The notes beneath the pieces are model-generated. The model saw only the letters and a program-made list of their open reading frames with translations, did not search any database and was not told the origin of the DNA. Shown piece after piece: positions 51,893-61,109 of a stretch of DNA of 64,000 nucleotides (positions are counted from its first letter, which is position 1; each line of letters begins with the position of its first letter). The position numbers and the translations under genes are program-made. Origin of the DNA: an uncultured delta proteobacterium (GTDB lineage: Bacteria > Desulfobacterota > Desulfobacteria > Desulfobacterales > Desulfosalsimonadaceae); contig CAWGYD010000006.1 of assembly GCA_963826785.1 (NCBI GenBank), positions 928,001-992,000 on the forward strand, written 5' to 3'.

Positions 51893-52454
51893 ATACGTAT
51901 TTTACCGTATACCAGTCGGTTTCGAAATCCCACAAAGAGACGAAGAAAAACACGTAATTCAAAAAAAAGGGGAGGGTGACCCTGTCCAGTTCCGCTTTGG
52001 CCTTGAGGGTGTACTGCCGGCCCTTTTTGAGTTTTTTCAACGGGATCACCTTCAGTCCGCTGATCTCGGACATGAGCCGCTTGGCCTCGTCAAAGGAGTC
52101 CGTGGTCAGGGTTTTATTCCCGTCCCAGGACCGCTTGACGGCATAATTGTTCTTCAGGTTGTTGTATTTGATGGTATGGGTGACCTTGATTTTTTCGATA
52201 TTTTTTGACGGTCTTAAAAAACGGGGCTTCTGCAGCACGATGAAATAGGAAAAGGTGGTGGGGATGCCGTTTAAAATGGCTTCTTCCATTTTTTCCTTAA
52301 ATGCCCCCTCGACTTTCAGGTCGATCAGCAGGTTGCTGTCATCATTGGTTGCCACCAGGTCGACGATTTGGACTTTGGCAAATACCGGCGATGGCCAGAA
52401 CAGCAGAGCGCATAAGAGAAGCGAAATTAACTTAGATGCCTTCTTGATCTTCAT
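51885..52454 (-). CDS. DUF4390 domain exported protein
   Basis: Signal peptide, AILNGIPTTF, C-terminal WDFETDW; usual position upstream of ntrY. Confidence 0.8.
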   Translation of the reverse strand: MKIKKASKLISLLLCALLFWPSPVFAKVQIVDLVATNDDSNLLIDLKVEGAFKEKMEEAILNGIPTTFSYFIVLQKPRFLRPSKNIEKIKVTHTIKYNNLKNNYAVKRSWDGNKTLTTDSFDEAKRLMSEISGLKVIPLKKLKKGRQYTLKAKAELDRVTLPFFLNYVFFFVSLWDFETDWYTVKYVYE

Positions 52455-53382
52455 TCAGATTTGCACTCCTCGGAACTGCGGGTGGGGGTGGGCAGGGCTC
52501 GGATGCGGGTCTGAATTCCGCTAAGGTCGTGGTCGTCCAGGATGATTTGTGCAGAAAAAAGGTCTTTAGAAATTCATGGTTGAACTGGTGCCCGGATTTA
52601 CATAAAACGAAGTGCCCCAGGACCGGCATGCCCAGAAGCGAAAAATCACCGATGCAGTCCAGGATTTTGTGCCGGACGAATTCATCGGCATACCGGAGCC
52701 CCTCCTCGTTCATCACCCCGTTGACATCCAGGACCACGGCATTGTCGAGCGAACCGCCCTTGGCCAGACCGTAAAGTTTCATGTACTCCACCTCGTGCAG
52801 GAAACCAAAGGTCCTGGCCCGGCTGATCTGGCTTTCAAAGACCGCTTCGGTCAGATCGATGCTCAGGGTCTGAGTGGCGATCACCGGATGATCAAAGGCA
52901 ATGGTGCAGGTGATCCGGCACCGGTCGCAGGGATACAGCCCCACTGATTTGCCCTCTTTTTCAAGCAGAATGGGGGTGTTGACCGCGAAATACATCCTGG
53001 GGGCAGCCTGATCCACGGTTCCGGCCTTGCGGATGGATTCGGTAAACTGTCCGGCGCTGCCGTCCATGATGGGAATCTCATAATTGTCGAGTTCCACCAC
53101 GGCATTGTCCACGGACATGCCCGAAAGGCTTGCCATCAGGTGCTCGATGGTGGAGACGATGCATCCGTCTTCCCCGATGACGGTGGCCAGGCTGGTATCC
53201 ACCACCCGGTTGAAATGGGCCCGGATGGTCGGCTGGGCCGGAAGGTCCATCCGTCTGAAGACGACCCCCGTGTTGGGCCGGGCCGGTTTTACGGTCATGT
53301 TGACATTTTTGCCCGAATGGACCCCCACGCCGTTGAAGCGGGCCGGTTCCTTCAGGGTGCGCTGATTCTTCTGCATTACCAT
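52432..53382 (-). CDS. lpxC: UDP-3-O-acyl-N-acetylglucosamine deacetylase
   Basis: GVGVHSG, TIEHL, PIMDGS, ARTFGF, RHKILD. Confidence 0.96.
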   Translation of the reverse strand: MVMQKNQRTLKEPARFNGVGVHSGKNVNMTVKPARPNTGVVFRRMDLPAQPTIRAHFNRVVDTSLATVIGEDGCIVSTIEHLMASLSGMSVDNAVVELDNYEIPIMDGSAGQFTESIRKAGTVDQAAPRMYFAVNTPILLEKEGKSVGLYPCDRCRITCTIAFDHPVIATQTLSIDLTEAVFESQISRARTFGFLHEVEYMKLYGLAKGGSLDNAVVLDVNGVMNEEGLRYADEFVRHKILDCIGDFSLLGMPVLGHFVLCKSGHQFNHEFLKTFFLHKSSWTTTTLAEFRPASEPCPPPPAVPRSANLNEDQEGI

Positions 53383-53783
53383 TCCAAAGCCGCATGCAAG
53401 AGATGATCTGCATGGTCTCTATCTCTTTTCATTTATGATTTTCCAGCCGGCCCATCATGGAATTGAACCGCTTAGCCCCCGATCGCCTGCCGCCTCGGTA
53501 CCATTTCGAATCTAAAATGAAAAGCGTATTTATAAAACGAACTCGATTTATTGATATACCGGAATATATCGGAAATTGCAATCAGTGACCGGCCTTTATA
53601 ACCTGTTTGCCATCACATGAGCTGCCATCGCGCCTTTTGCCTGCTCTGAACTTTGATTTAGAGATTGTTCTTGGCCGAGGGCTTTGATATAGTTTTATAT
53701 TTTATTAAAGCAGATTGTGTATACGCGTGATCTGATCGAAATGGTTAAAATGGCTATTTTCCTGAAACGTTTACGGGTGGGGC

Positions 53784-55340
53784 ATGCTGGCAAAAGTATT
53801 GAGCAGCACGGTAATTGGCATTGATGCATATCTGGTGGAAGTGGAAATAGACATTTCCCGCGGTCTGCCGGCATTTACCACTGTGGGGCTTCCCGAAACC
53901 TCGGTTCGCGAAAGCAAGGAGCGGGTCAAGGCGGCCGTCAGCAACTGCGGATATACGTTCCCGGATGATCGGATTACCGTTAATCTGGCGCCCGCCCATA
54001 TTCGAAAGGTGGGCACCGGGTTTGATCTTCCCATTGCCATGGGAATTCTTTCCGCCACCGGGATCGTCGATCAGGAGAAAATCAGTCGATATCTGGTGCT
54101 CGGGGAACTGGCCCTGGACGGGCGGATCAAGCCGGTAAACGGATCGCTCCCCATGGCCCTGGCGGCCCGGGAGGCGGGGTTTGCATCCATTATCGTCCCT
54201 TACGACAACCGGCGCGAGGCCGCGGTGGTTGACGGCGTTTCCGTGTATCCGGCCAGTACCCTTTCCCAGGCGGTCGCCTTTATCCGCGGCGAAGCGTCTA
54301 TTCTGCCGGAGCCGTTTGATAAGATGAACGTCCTGGAGGCAAACGGGAATTCCGGCCCCGACTTTTCGGAGGTGGCCGGGCAGGCGCACGTGAAGCGGGC
54401 GCTGGAGATTGCCGCTGCCGGGGGGCATAACCTGCTCATGATCGGCCCGCCCGGTTCGGGGAAGACCATGATGGCCAAGCGATTTTCCAGCATCATCCCC
54501 CGGCTGTCTTTTGAAGAGGCCATCGAGACCACCAAGATCTTCAGTGTGGCCGGACTGCTGCAAAGGGACCAGGGCTTGATTACCCGTCGGCCGTTCCGGT
54601 CGCCCCATCACACCATTTCCGATGCGGGCATGATCGGCGGCGGCAACATCCCCCGGCCCGGAGAGATCAGCCTGGCGCATAACGGGGTGCTGTTTTTAGA
54701 CGAACTGCCCGAGTTCAAGAAACCGGTGCTCGAGGCGCTTCGGCAGCCGCTGGAGGATCACAAGGTGACGGTTTCCCGGGCCGCCACTTCCATCACTTAC
54801 CCTGCCGCGTTCATGCTGGTAGCCGCCATGAACCCCTGCCCGTGCGGGTATCTGACTGACATCAAACATAACTGCCGGTGCCCGGGCAGCCAGATCGATC
54901 GGTACCGGAACAAAATATCGGGCCCGCTGCTGGACCGCATCGACATTCACGTCGAAGTCCCCGCCGTTGCTTACCAGGACCTGATGCGGCCCGCTGCAGG
55001 CGAATGTTCCGCCGATATTCGAAAACGCGTCATCACCGCCCGGGACATTCAGTCCAGGCGGTTTTCCCGGGAGCGGTTTTGTACAAATGCCCGCATGGGC
55101 AGCCGCCATATCAGGACATATTGTTCCATCGATGCGCCGGCCGCCGGGCTGCTCGAGTCGGCGGTGGACCGGCTGGGACTGTCCGCGAGGGCGTGGTCCC
55201 GCATATTGAAAATCGCCCGCACCATCGCGGATATGGCGGGGGAGGGGAAAATCGATTCCGCCCATATCGCAGAAGCCGTTCAACTCCGAAGCCTGGACCG
55301 GCCCACGCCTCCCGGGGGCCATTTTCAGAATCTGAATTGA
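53784..55340 (+). CDS. comM: YifB/ComM Mg-chelatase-like AAA+ helicase
   Basis: VNLAPA, GPPGSGKT, PFRSPHH, LAHNGVLFLDELPEF, NPCPCG. Confidence 0.93.
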   Translation: MLAKVLSSTVIGIDAYLVEVEIDISRGLPAFTTVGLPETSVRESKERVKAAVSNCGYTFPDDRITVNLAPAHIRKVGTGFDLPIAMGILSATGIVDQEKISRYLVLGELALDGRIKPVNGSLPMALAAREAGFASIIVPYDNRREAAVVDGVSVYPASTLSQAVAFIRGEASILPEPFDKMNVLEANGNSGPDFSEVAGQAHVKRALEIAAAGGHNLLMIGPPGSGKTMMAKRFSSIIPRLSFEEAIETTKIFSVAGLLQRDQGLITRRPFRSPHHTISDAGMIGGGNIPRPGEISLAHNGVLFLDELPEFKKPVLEALRQPLEDHKVTVSRAATSITYPAAFMLVAAMNPCPCGYLTDIKHNCRCPGSQIDRYRNKISGPLLDRIDIHVEVPAVAYQDLMRPAAGECSADIRKRVITARDIQSRRFSRERFCTNARMGSRHIRTYCSIDAPAAGLLESAVDRLGLSARAWSRILKIARTIADMAGEGKIDSAHIAEAVQLRSLDRPTPPGGHFQNLN

Positions 55341-55361
55341 CATCTCTCCGAGGATCATTCC

Positions 55362-56550
55362 ATGAACCACGATGTATGGGCCGAGGTTAATCTGGCGGCC
55401 ATCGCCCGGAATCTATGCCGACTCAAGACCGTTCTCGCTTCGGGCATCAGCGTTATGGCGGTGGTCAAAGCCAATGCCTATGGGCACGGCATGATCGAGG
55501 TGGCAAGAACCGCTCTTGAAAACGGCGCGGATGCACTGGGCGTGGCCCGTATTTCGGAAGCCGTCCAGCTCCGGAAATGCGGCATTTCAGCGCCGGTTCT
55601 CATCTTCGGAGATACACCGCCGGACCGGGCCGTTCAACTGGCCGATCTCGATCTGACCCAGACCCTTTGGCGGTTTGACCAGGCGGAGCGCCTGTCCTCG
55701 GCCGCCCGCTCGCAAAACCGCAAGATCAAGGTCCACTTGAAAGTGGACACCGGTATGGGCCGCCTGGGTATCCTGCCGGGGGATCTGACCTGTTGTGAAG
55801 CATCTGAATTTCAAATTTCGAGTCAATCGGTTGAAGAGGTTTTGCGCATCAGCCGCCTTGCCGGGGTCGATCTGGAAGGGATCTATACCCACTTTGCCGC
55901 AGCCGACGCGCCGGATAAATCCCTTTGCCGGCGGCAGCTTCATTTTTTTACGGCATTTATTGAGCGGCTGAAGACCAGGGGGCTCGAATTTGCGATCCGG
56001 CATGCCGCCAACAGCGCAGCCATTCTGGATTTTCCGGAAACCCACCTGGATATGGTTCGGACCGGAATCGCCCTTTACGGGTATTATCCATCTGTATTCG
56101 TCTACCCGCGACCGTGTTGATTTGACCCCGGCCATGGCCCTTAAAGCACGGATCATCCATATAAAGGATGTCGGCAGCGGTTTCTGCGTCAGTTACGGCG
56201 GACAGGCCCGGACGTGTCGATCCACCCGGATTGCCACGGTTTCGGTGGGGTATGGAGACGGGTACCGGCGCGGACTTTCATCGAAGGGGAACATGCTGGT
56301 CAATGGGCAGCATGCCCCGGTTGTGGGCCGGGTATGTATGGATCAAACCATGATCGACATCGGTGAAATTGACGCACGTCCGGGTGACCCGGTGGTGGTG
56401 TTCGGCTCCCAGGGTGGCAGCACGGTCAGCGTTGAAGACATTGCCGAAAAACTCGAAACCATCAGCTATGAGATCGTCTCCGGGATTTCGGACCGGGTCC
56501 CCCGGGTGTATACAGGGATATCGGATACGGGATTCAGTGCCCAAAAGTGA
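55362..56550 (+). CDS. alr: Alanine racemase (single-base frameshift near 56095)
   Basis: AVVKANAYGHG, KVDTGMGRLG, HAANS in the first frame; VSYG, GYGDG, GRVCMDQ, TISYEI in the second. Confidence 0.9.
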
Positions 56551-56761
56551 AGAGGGGCCAAGCGGGTGGCGGGTATTTGACAATTTCCAGGTTGAGTCAT
56601 ATTACATTCAGCTTCCATGGGCGAAATGGCGCCGAATTTCGGGACTTGAAAGAATCAGTACAAAATATGGTAGCTTGGGATTCTGGCAAGCGCTACATAT
56701 GGTATGACTTGATCGGGTAACTATCCGGATCTTTTGCATAATGGAGCGTTTCCAAAATTTC

Positions 56762-56790
56762 TTGACAAGGCATCGGGGGGGTGCTAAATA
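56762..56790 (+). promoter_or_regulatory. Putative sigma70 promoter of aprBA
   Basis: TTGACA-N17-TAAATA with an extended TG. Confidence 0.55.
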
Positions 56791-57035
56791 AATTATTTTG
56801 TTTTATGTGAATGTGTATCCTTTTGATTTTTTTATATTTTCAAACTTGGATAAAAATGGGCGACCATTTGGATGATAGAAAATGGAGTAAACAAGGATTT
56901 TGATCCAATTTATTACAGTTTGTCATCAGTGAGAAAGGAGGTGCCCTGACAGACATTCACATTGTCAACACGCAATCCGAGAAAAAGTGAAATTTTGCAT
57001 TCACTTTAAATTAACCGAAAAACGAGGAGGTAGAA

Positions 57036-57473
57036 ATGCCAAGTTTTGTAATTACCGAGAAGTGCGACGGATGCAAGGGCGGCGACAAGACCGCATGCAT
57101 GTATATTTGTCCCAACGACCTGATGGTCCTGGACACCAACGCGATGAAGGCGTACAACCAGGAGCCGGATCAGTGCTGGGAATGCTTTTCCTGCGTCAAG
57201 ATCTGCCCCACCCAGGCCATTGAAGTCCGTGGTTATGCGGATTTCGTGCCCCTGGGAAGCAGCATCATGCCGATGATGGGCACCGAGGACGTGATGTGGA
57301 CCTGCAAGTTCCGCAACGGCAACATCAAACGGTTCAAGTTCCCCATCCGGACCACCCCCGAGGGTACTGCCAACGCATACAAAGACCTGAAAGGGAAAGA
57401 CCTGGACAGCGGACTGCTTTCGACGGAAGAAGCGGACGGATATGCAATTCCGAAACCCCAAGCCACCGTTTAA
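57036..57473 (+). CDS. aprB: Adenylylsulfate reductase beta subunit
   Basis: MPSFV..KCDGCKG.DKTACMYICP, CWECFSCVKICP, RFKFPIRTT. Confidence 0.98.
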   Translation: MPSFVITEKCDGCKGGDKTACMYICPNDLMVLDTNAMKAYNQEPDQCWECFSCVKICPTQAIEVRGYADFVPLGSSIMPMMGTEDVMWTCKFRNGNIKRFKFPIRTTPEGTANAYKDLKGKDLDSGLLSTEEADGYAIPKPQATV

Positions 57474-57533
57474 TGACGGTTTGCATTCAAAATCTCGAAT
57501 TTGAACCTATACATGTTTTAAGGAGGATGTAAT

Positions 57534-59510
57534 ATGGCATTACCAAATAAACCCAAGGGTGAACTCAAGGCCGTAAGGGATCCGCAGGTTGAAGAGCGCG
57601 AAGTCGATATCCTGATCGTTGGCGGCGGTATGGCGGCCTGCGGTACGGCGTTTGAAGTAAAGAAGTGGGCCCCGGAAGGCACCAAGATTCTTCTTTGCGA
57701 CAAAGCCGCCATGGAAAGATCCGGCGCGGTTGCTCAGGGTCTGTCGGCTATCAATACCTACATCGGCCAGAACACCGCGGATGATTACGTCCGCATGGTC
57801 AGAAATGACCTGATGGGCATCGTCCGCGAAGACCTGATCTTCGACCTGGGCTGCCACGTGGACGATTCGGTTCATTTGTTCGAGGAATGGGGTCTGCCGA
57901 TCTGGAAGAAGTCCGAAGAAGGCAAGAACCTCGACGGTAAAAAAGGCCAGAAGATGGGAACGCTGAAAGCCGGCGCCCAGCCTGTCCGTACCGGTAAATG
58001 GCAGATCATGATCAACGGCGAATCTTACAAGAGAGTCGTTGCCGAAGCGGCCAAACTGGCGCTGGGCGAAGACAACATCCTGGAAAGATGCTTCATCGTT
58101 GAACTGCTCAAAGATGCCAACAACGCCAACCAGATCGCCGGCGCTGTCGGTTTCTCCGTTCGTGAAAACAAGGTCTTCATCATCAAAGCCAAGGCCATCA
58201 TGGTCGCCTGCGGCGGCGCGGTCAATATCTACCAGCCGCGTTCAGTCGGTGAAGGAAAAGGCCGTGCATGGTACCCGGTATGGAACTCCGGCTCCACCTA
58301 CACCATGGCCCTGCGGGCGGGTGCGGAACTTTCCATGATGGAAAACCGCTTCACCCCGGCGCGCTTCAAAGACGGCTACGGCCCGGTCGGCGCGTGGTTC
58401 CTGCTGTTCAAAGCCAAGGCCCTCAATGGTCTGGGCGAAAATTACGTCGCCAGCCCGGCTGCCAAGGCCGAACTGGAAAAATATGCACCTTACGGAACGG
58501 CCGCCATCACTCCGACCTGTCTGCGGAACCATCTCATGCTGTTCGAGATGAAAGAAGGCCGCGGACCGATCCAGATGGATACGGTTACCGCCCTGGCGGA
58601 AATCGGCAAGACCATGGACAAGAAAGAACTCAAGCATCTCGAATCTGAAGCATGGGAAGACTTCCTTGACATGACCTGCGGCCAGGCCAACCTGTGGTGC
58701 GCCACCAACACCGAGCCGGAAAAGAAGAATTCCGAAATTATGCCCACCGAGCCGTACCTGCTGGGGTCCCATTCCGGCTGCTGCGGTATCTGGGTTTCCG
58801 GCCCGGACTATGACTGGGTTCCCGATGCCTACAAGATCAAGTTCAATGGCAAGGTCTACAACCGGATGACCACGGTCCCCGGTCTGTTCACCTCCGGTGA
58901 CGGCGTGGCCTGCTCCGGTCATAAGTTCTCCTCCGGTTCCCATGCGGAAGGCCGGATCGCGGCGAAAGAAATGGTGAAGTTCATCCGTGACAACGCCTCC
59001 TTTGCCCCGGCCCTCAAGGAATCCACCCAGGAACTGGTGGACCTGGTCTACAAGCCGGTCAGAACTTACCTGGACAACGCCTCCTACACCACCGCCGACA
59101 ACATCAACCCCAACTACCTCAAACCGGAGGGGATGATGTACCGGATGATGAAGGCGACCCACGAGTACGGCGCCGGTACGGCCACTTATTACCAGACCAG
59201 CGACAAGATGCTCGAAGTGGTCATCGACCTGCTGGAAACCATGCGTGAAGATGCCGAGAAACTGGCGGCTGGCGACCTGCATGAGCTGATGAGAGCGTGG
59301 GAAATTCAGCACCGCCTTTACACGGTGGAAGCGCACCTGCGTCACATCCAGTACAGAAAAGAAACCCGCTACCCCGGTTTCTACTACAATGCAGATCACA
59401 TGAAACAAGATGATGCCAACTGGTTCTGCTTCACCAACTCGAGCTATGACAAGGCGAGCAACCAGTGGACCCTGAAGAAGGTGGATTACATCAAGATTAT
59501 TCCGGATTAA
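57534..59510 (+). CDS. aprA: Adenylylsulfate reductase alpha subunit
   Basis: RSGAVAQGLSAINTY, WQIMINGESYK, RFKDGYGPVGAWF, GHKFSSGS. Confidence 0.98.
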   Translation: MALPNKPKGELKAVRDPQVEEREVDILIVGGGMAACGTAFEVKKWAPEGTKILLCDKAAMERSGAVAQGLSAINTYIGQNTADDYVRMVRNDLMGIVREDLIFDLGCHVDDSVHLFEEWGLPIWKKSEEGKNLDGKKGQKMGTLKAGAQPVRTGKWQIMINGESYKRVVAEAAKLALGEDNILERCFIVELLKDANNANQIAGAVGFSVRENKVFIIKAKAIMVACGGAVNIYQPRSVGEGKGRAWYPVWNSGSTYTMALRAGAELSMMENRFTPARFKDGYGPVGAWFLLFKAKALNGLGENYVASPAAKAELEKYAPYGTAAITPTCLRNHLMLFEMKEGRGPIQMDTVTALAEIGKTMDKKELKHLESEAWEDFLDMTCGQANLWCATNTEPEKKNSEIMPTEPYLLGSHSGCCGIWVSGPDYDWVPDAYKIKFNGKVYNRMTTVPGLFTSGDGVACSGHKFSSGSHAEGRIAAKEMVKFIRDNASFAPALKESTQELVDLVYKPVRTYLDNASYTTADNINPNYLKPEGMMYRMMKATHEYGAGTATYYQTSDKMLEVVIDLLETMREDAEKLAAGDLHELMRAWEIQHRLYTVEAHLRHIQYRKETRYPGFYYNADHMKQDDANWFCFTNSSYDKASNQWTLKKVDYIKIIPD

Positions 59511-59546
59511 TCTGCTGACGACGGGTTTTAACGTCGTATGAACATT

Positions 59547-59581
59547 ACCTCCAGGTGCCTGAACGGCACCTGGAGGTTTTT
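59547..59581 (+). terminator. Intrinsic terminator after aprA
   Basis: ACCTCCAGGTGCC-TGAAC-GGCACCTGGAGGT + T-run. Confidence 0.85.
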
Positions 59582-59822
59582 ATTAACAAACCCCTCTAAA
59601 TCTTTGGGCGATATCCTCCGAGTGGCCTAAAACCAGAAGCTGGGTGCCGGAAATCGGGTGGTCGATGGACCGGTATCGAGCTTCGGGTTTCAGGCGGGAA
59701 GATCGGGTCGGCGTTTCTCTTTCTGCACAACCCACAACCAAATTATACGGAGATATCGCCTGAAGTGAGATCAAATATGTTGCATTCTGAGGAAATTAAA
59801 CAACAGAAATACGGAGGATAGC

Positions 59823-61100
59823 ATGACAGAAGAAAAAGCAGCCCCGTTTAGCGGTACCATCATGGTGGTCGGCGGTGGGATCAGTGGGTTGACCACGGCC
59901 CTCGAAGCCGCCGAAGTGGGGTACGAGGTATTCATCGTCGAAAAAAATCCGTACCTGGGCGGTCGTGTGGCGCAGTTAAACCAGTATTTCCCCAAACTGT
60001 GTCCGCCCACCTGCGGCCTGGAAATAAATTTTCGGCGGATCAAGGACAATCCCAACATCAAGGTGTTCACCCTGGCCGAGGTGGAAAAGGTTTCCGGAGA
60101 TCCCGGCAACTATCAGGTCAGCCTCAAGCTCAACCCGCGCTATGTCAATGAAAACTGCACCTGCTGCGGCGAGTGCGCCGATGCCTGCCAGGCGGAGCTT
60201 CCCAATGAATTCAACTTCGGAATGGGAAAGACCAAGGGCGCCTACCTGCCCCATCAGATGGCATTTCCGTCACGCTACGTCATCTCTCCTCACATCATCG
60301 GCACGGAGGATGCCAAGCGGTGCCAGGAAGCCTGCAAGTATGACGCGGTGGACCTGGAAATGAGTGCAAAAACATTCGATCTCAATGTGGGTGCCATTGT
60401 CTGGGCCACCGGATGGGAGCCCTATGATGCGGCCCGCATCGACAATCTGGGATACGGCCGGTATTCCAATATCATTACCAACATGATGATGGAGCGCATG
60501 GCCGCCCCCAGCGGTCCCACCGACGGAAAGATTCTGCGGCCGTCCGATGACGCCGCACCGGAAAGCGTGGCTTTTGTCCAGTGCGCAGGTTCGCGGGATG
60601 AAAACCATCTCCCCTACTGCTCTTATATCTGCTGCATGGCCTCCCTGAAACAGGCCCGATATGTAAGGGAGCGCTACCCCGAAGCCAAGATCTACATCTT
60701 CTACATCGACATGCGCGCCCCGGGATACCGCTATGAAAAATTTTATCAGGAGATGAAGGAAGATAAAAACATCTTCTTCATCAAGGGCAAAGTCGCCGAG
60801 GTTCAGCAGGCCGATGACAACCATCAAATCACCGTGGTTGCCGAAGACGCCGTCACCGGACAGAAGGTCCGCCAGACTGTGGACCTGGTGGTCCTGGCCA
60901 CCGGTATGCAGCCCACTGCCGCTAACGCCAAACTCCCCGCCGATCTGCAGTACACGGAAGACGGATTCATTATCAATGACTTTGAAAGAGGCGGCATGTT
61001 CGCGGCCGGTTGCGCCAATAAACCGGCGGATGTCATGACATCCAACCAGAACGCGACCGGTATGGCCCTAAAAGCGATTCAAACCCTGGTGAAACGGTAG
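59823..61100 (+). CDS. qmoA: Quinone-interacting membrane-bound oxidoreductase subunit A (HdrA-like)
   Basis: GGGISG, YFPKLCPPTCG, ferredoxin insert, CAGSRD..YCSYICC; follows aprA. Confidence 0.95.
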   Translation: MTEEKAAPFSGTIMVVGGGISGLTTALEAAEVGYEVFIVEKNPYLGGRVAQLNQYFPKLCPPTCGLEINFRRIKDNPNIKVFTLAEVEKVSGDPGNYQVSLKLNPRYVNENCTCCGECADACQAELPNEFNFGMGKTKGAYLPHQMAFPSRYVISPHIIGTEDAKRCQEACKYDAVDLEMSAKTFDLNVGAIVWATGWEPYDAARIDNLGYGRYSNIITNMMMERMAAPSGPTDGKILRPSDDAAPESVAFVQCAGSRDENHLPYCSYICCMASLKQARYVRERYPEAKIYIFYIDMRAPGYRYEKFYQEMKEDKNIFFIKGKVAEVQQADDNHQITVVAEDAVTGQKVRQTVDLVVLATGMQPTAANAKLPADLQYTEDGFIINDFERGGMFAAGCANKPADVMTSNQNATGMALKAIQTLVKR

Positions 61101-61109
61101 GAGGAAACC

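Noticed and set aside
56984..57007. Canonical Rex operator upstream of aprB
   Set aside because: The spacer between half-sites is 8 bp rather than 4; kept only as an unassigned inverted repeat.
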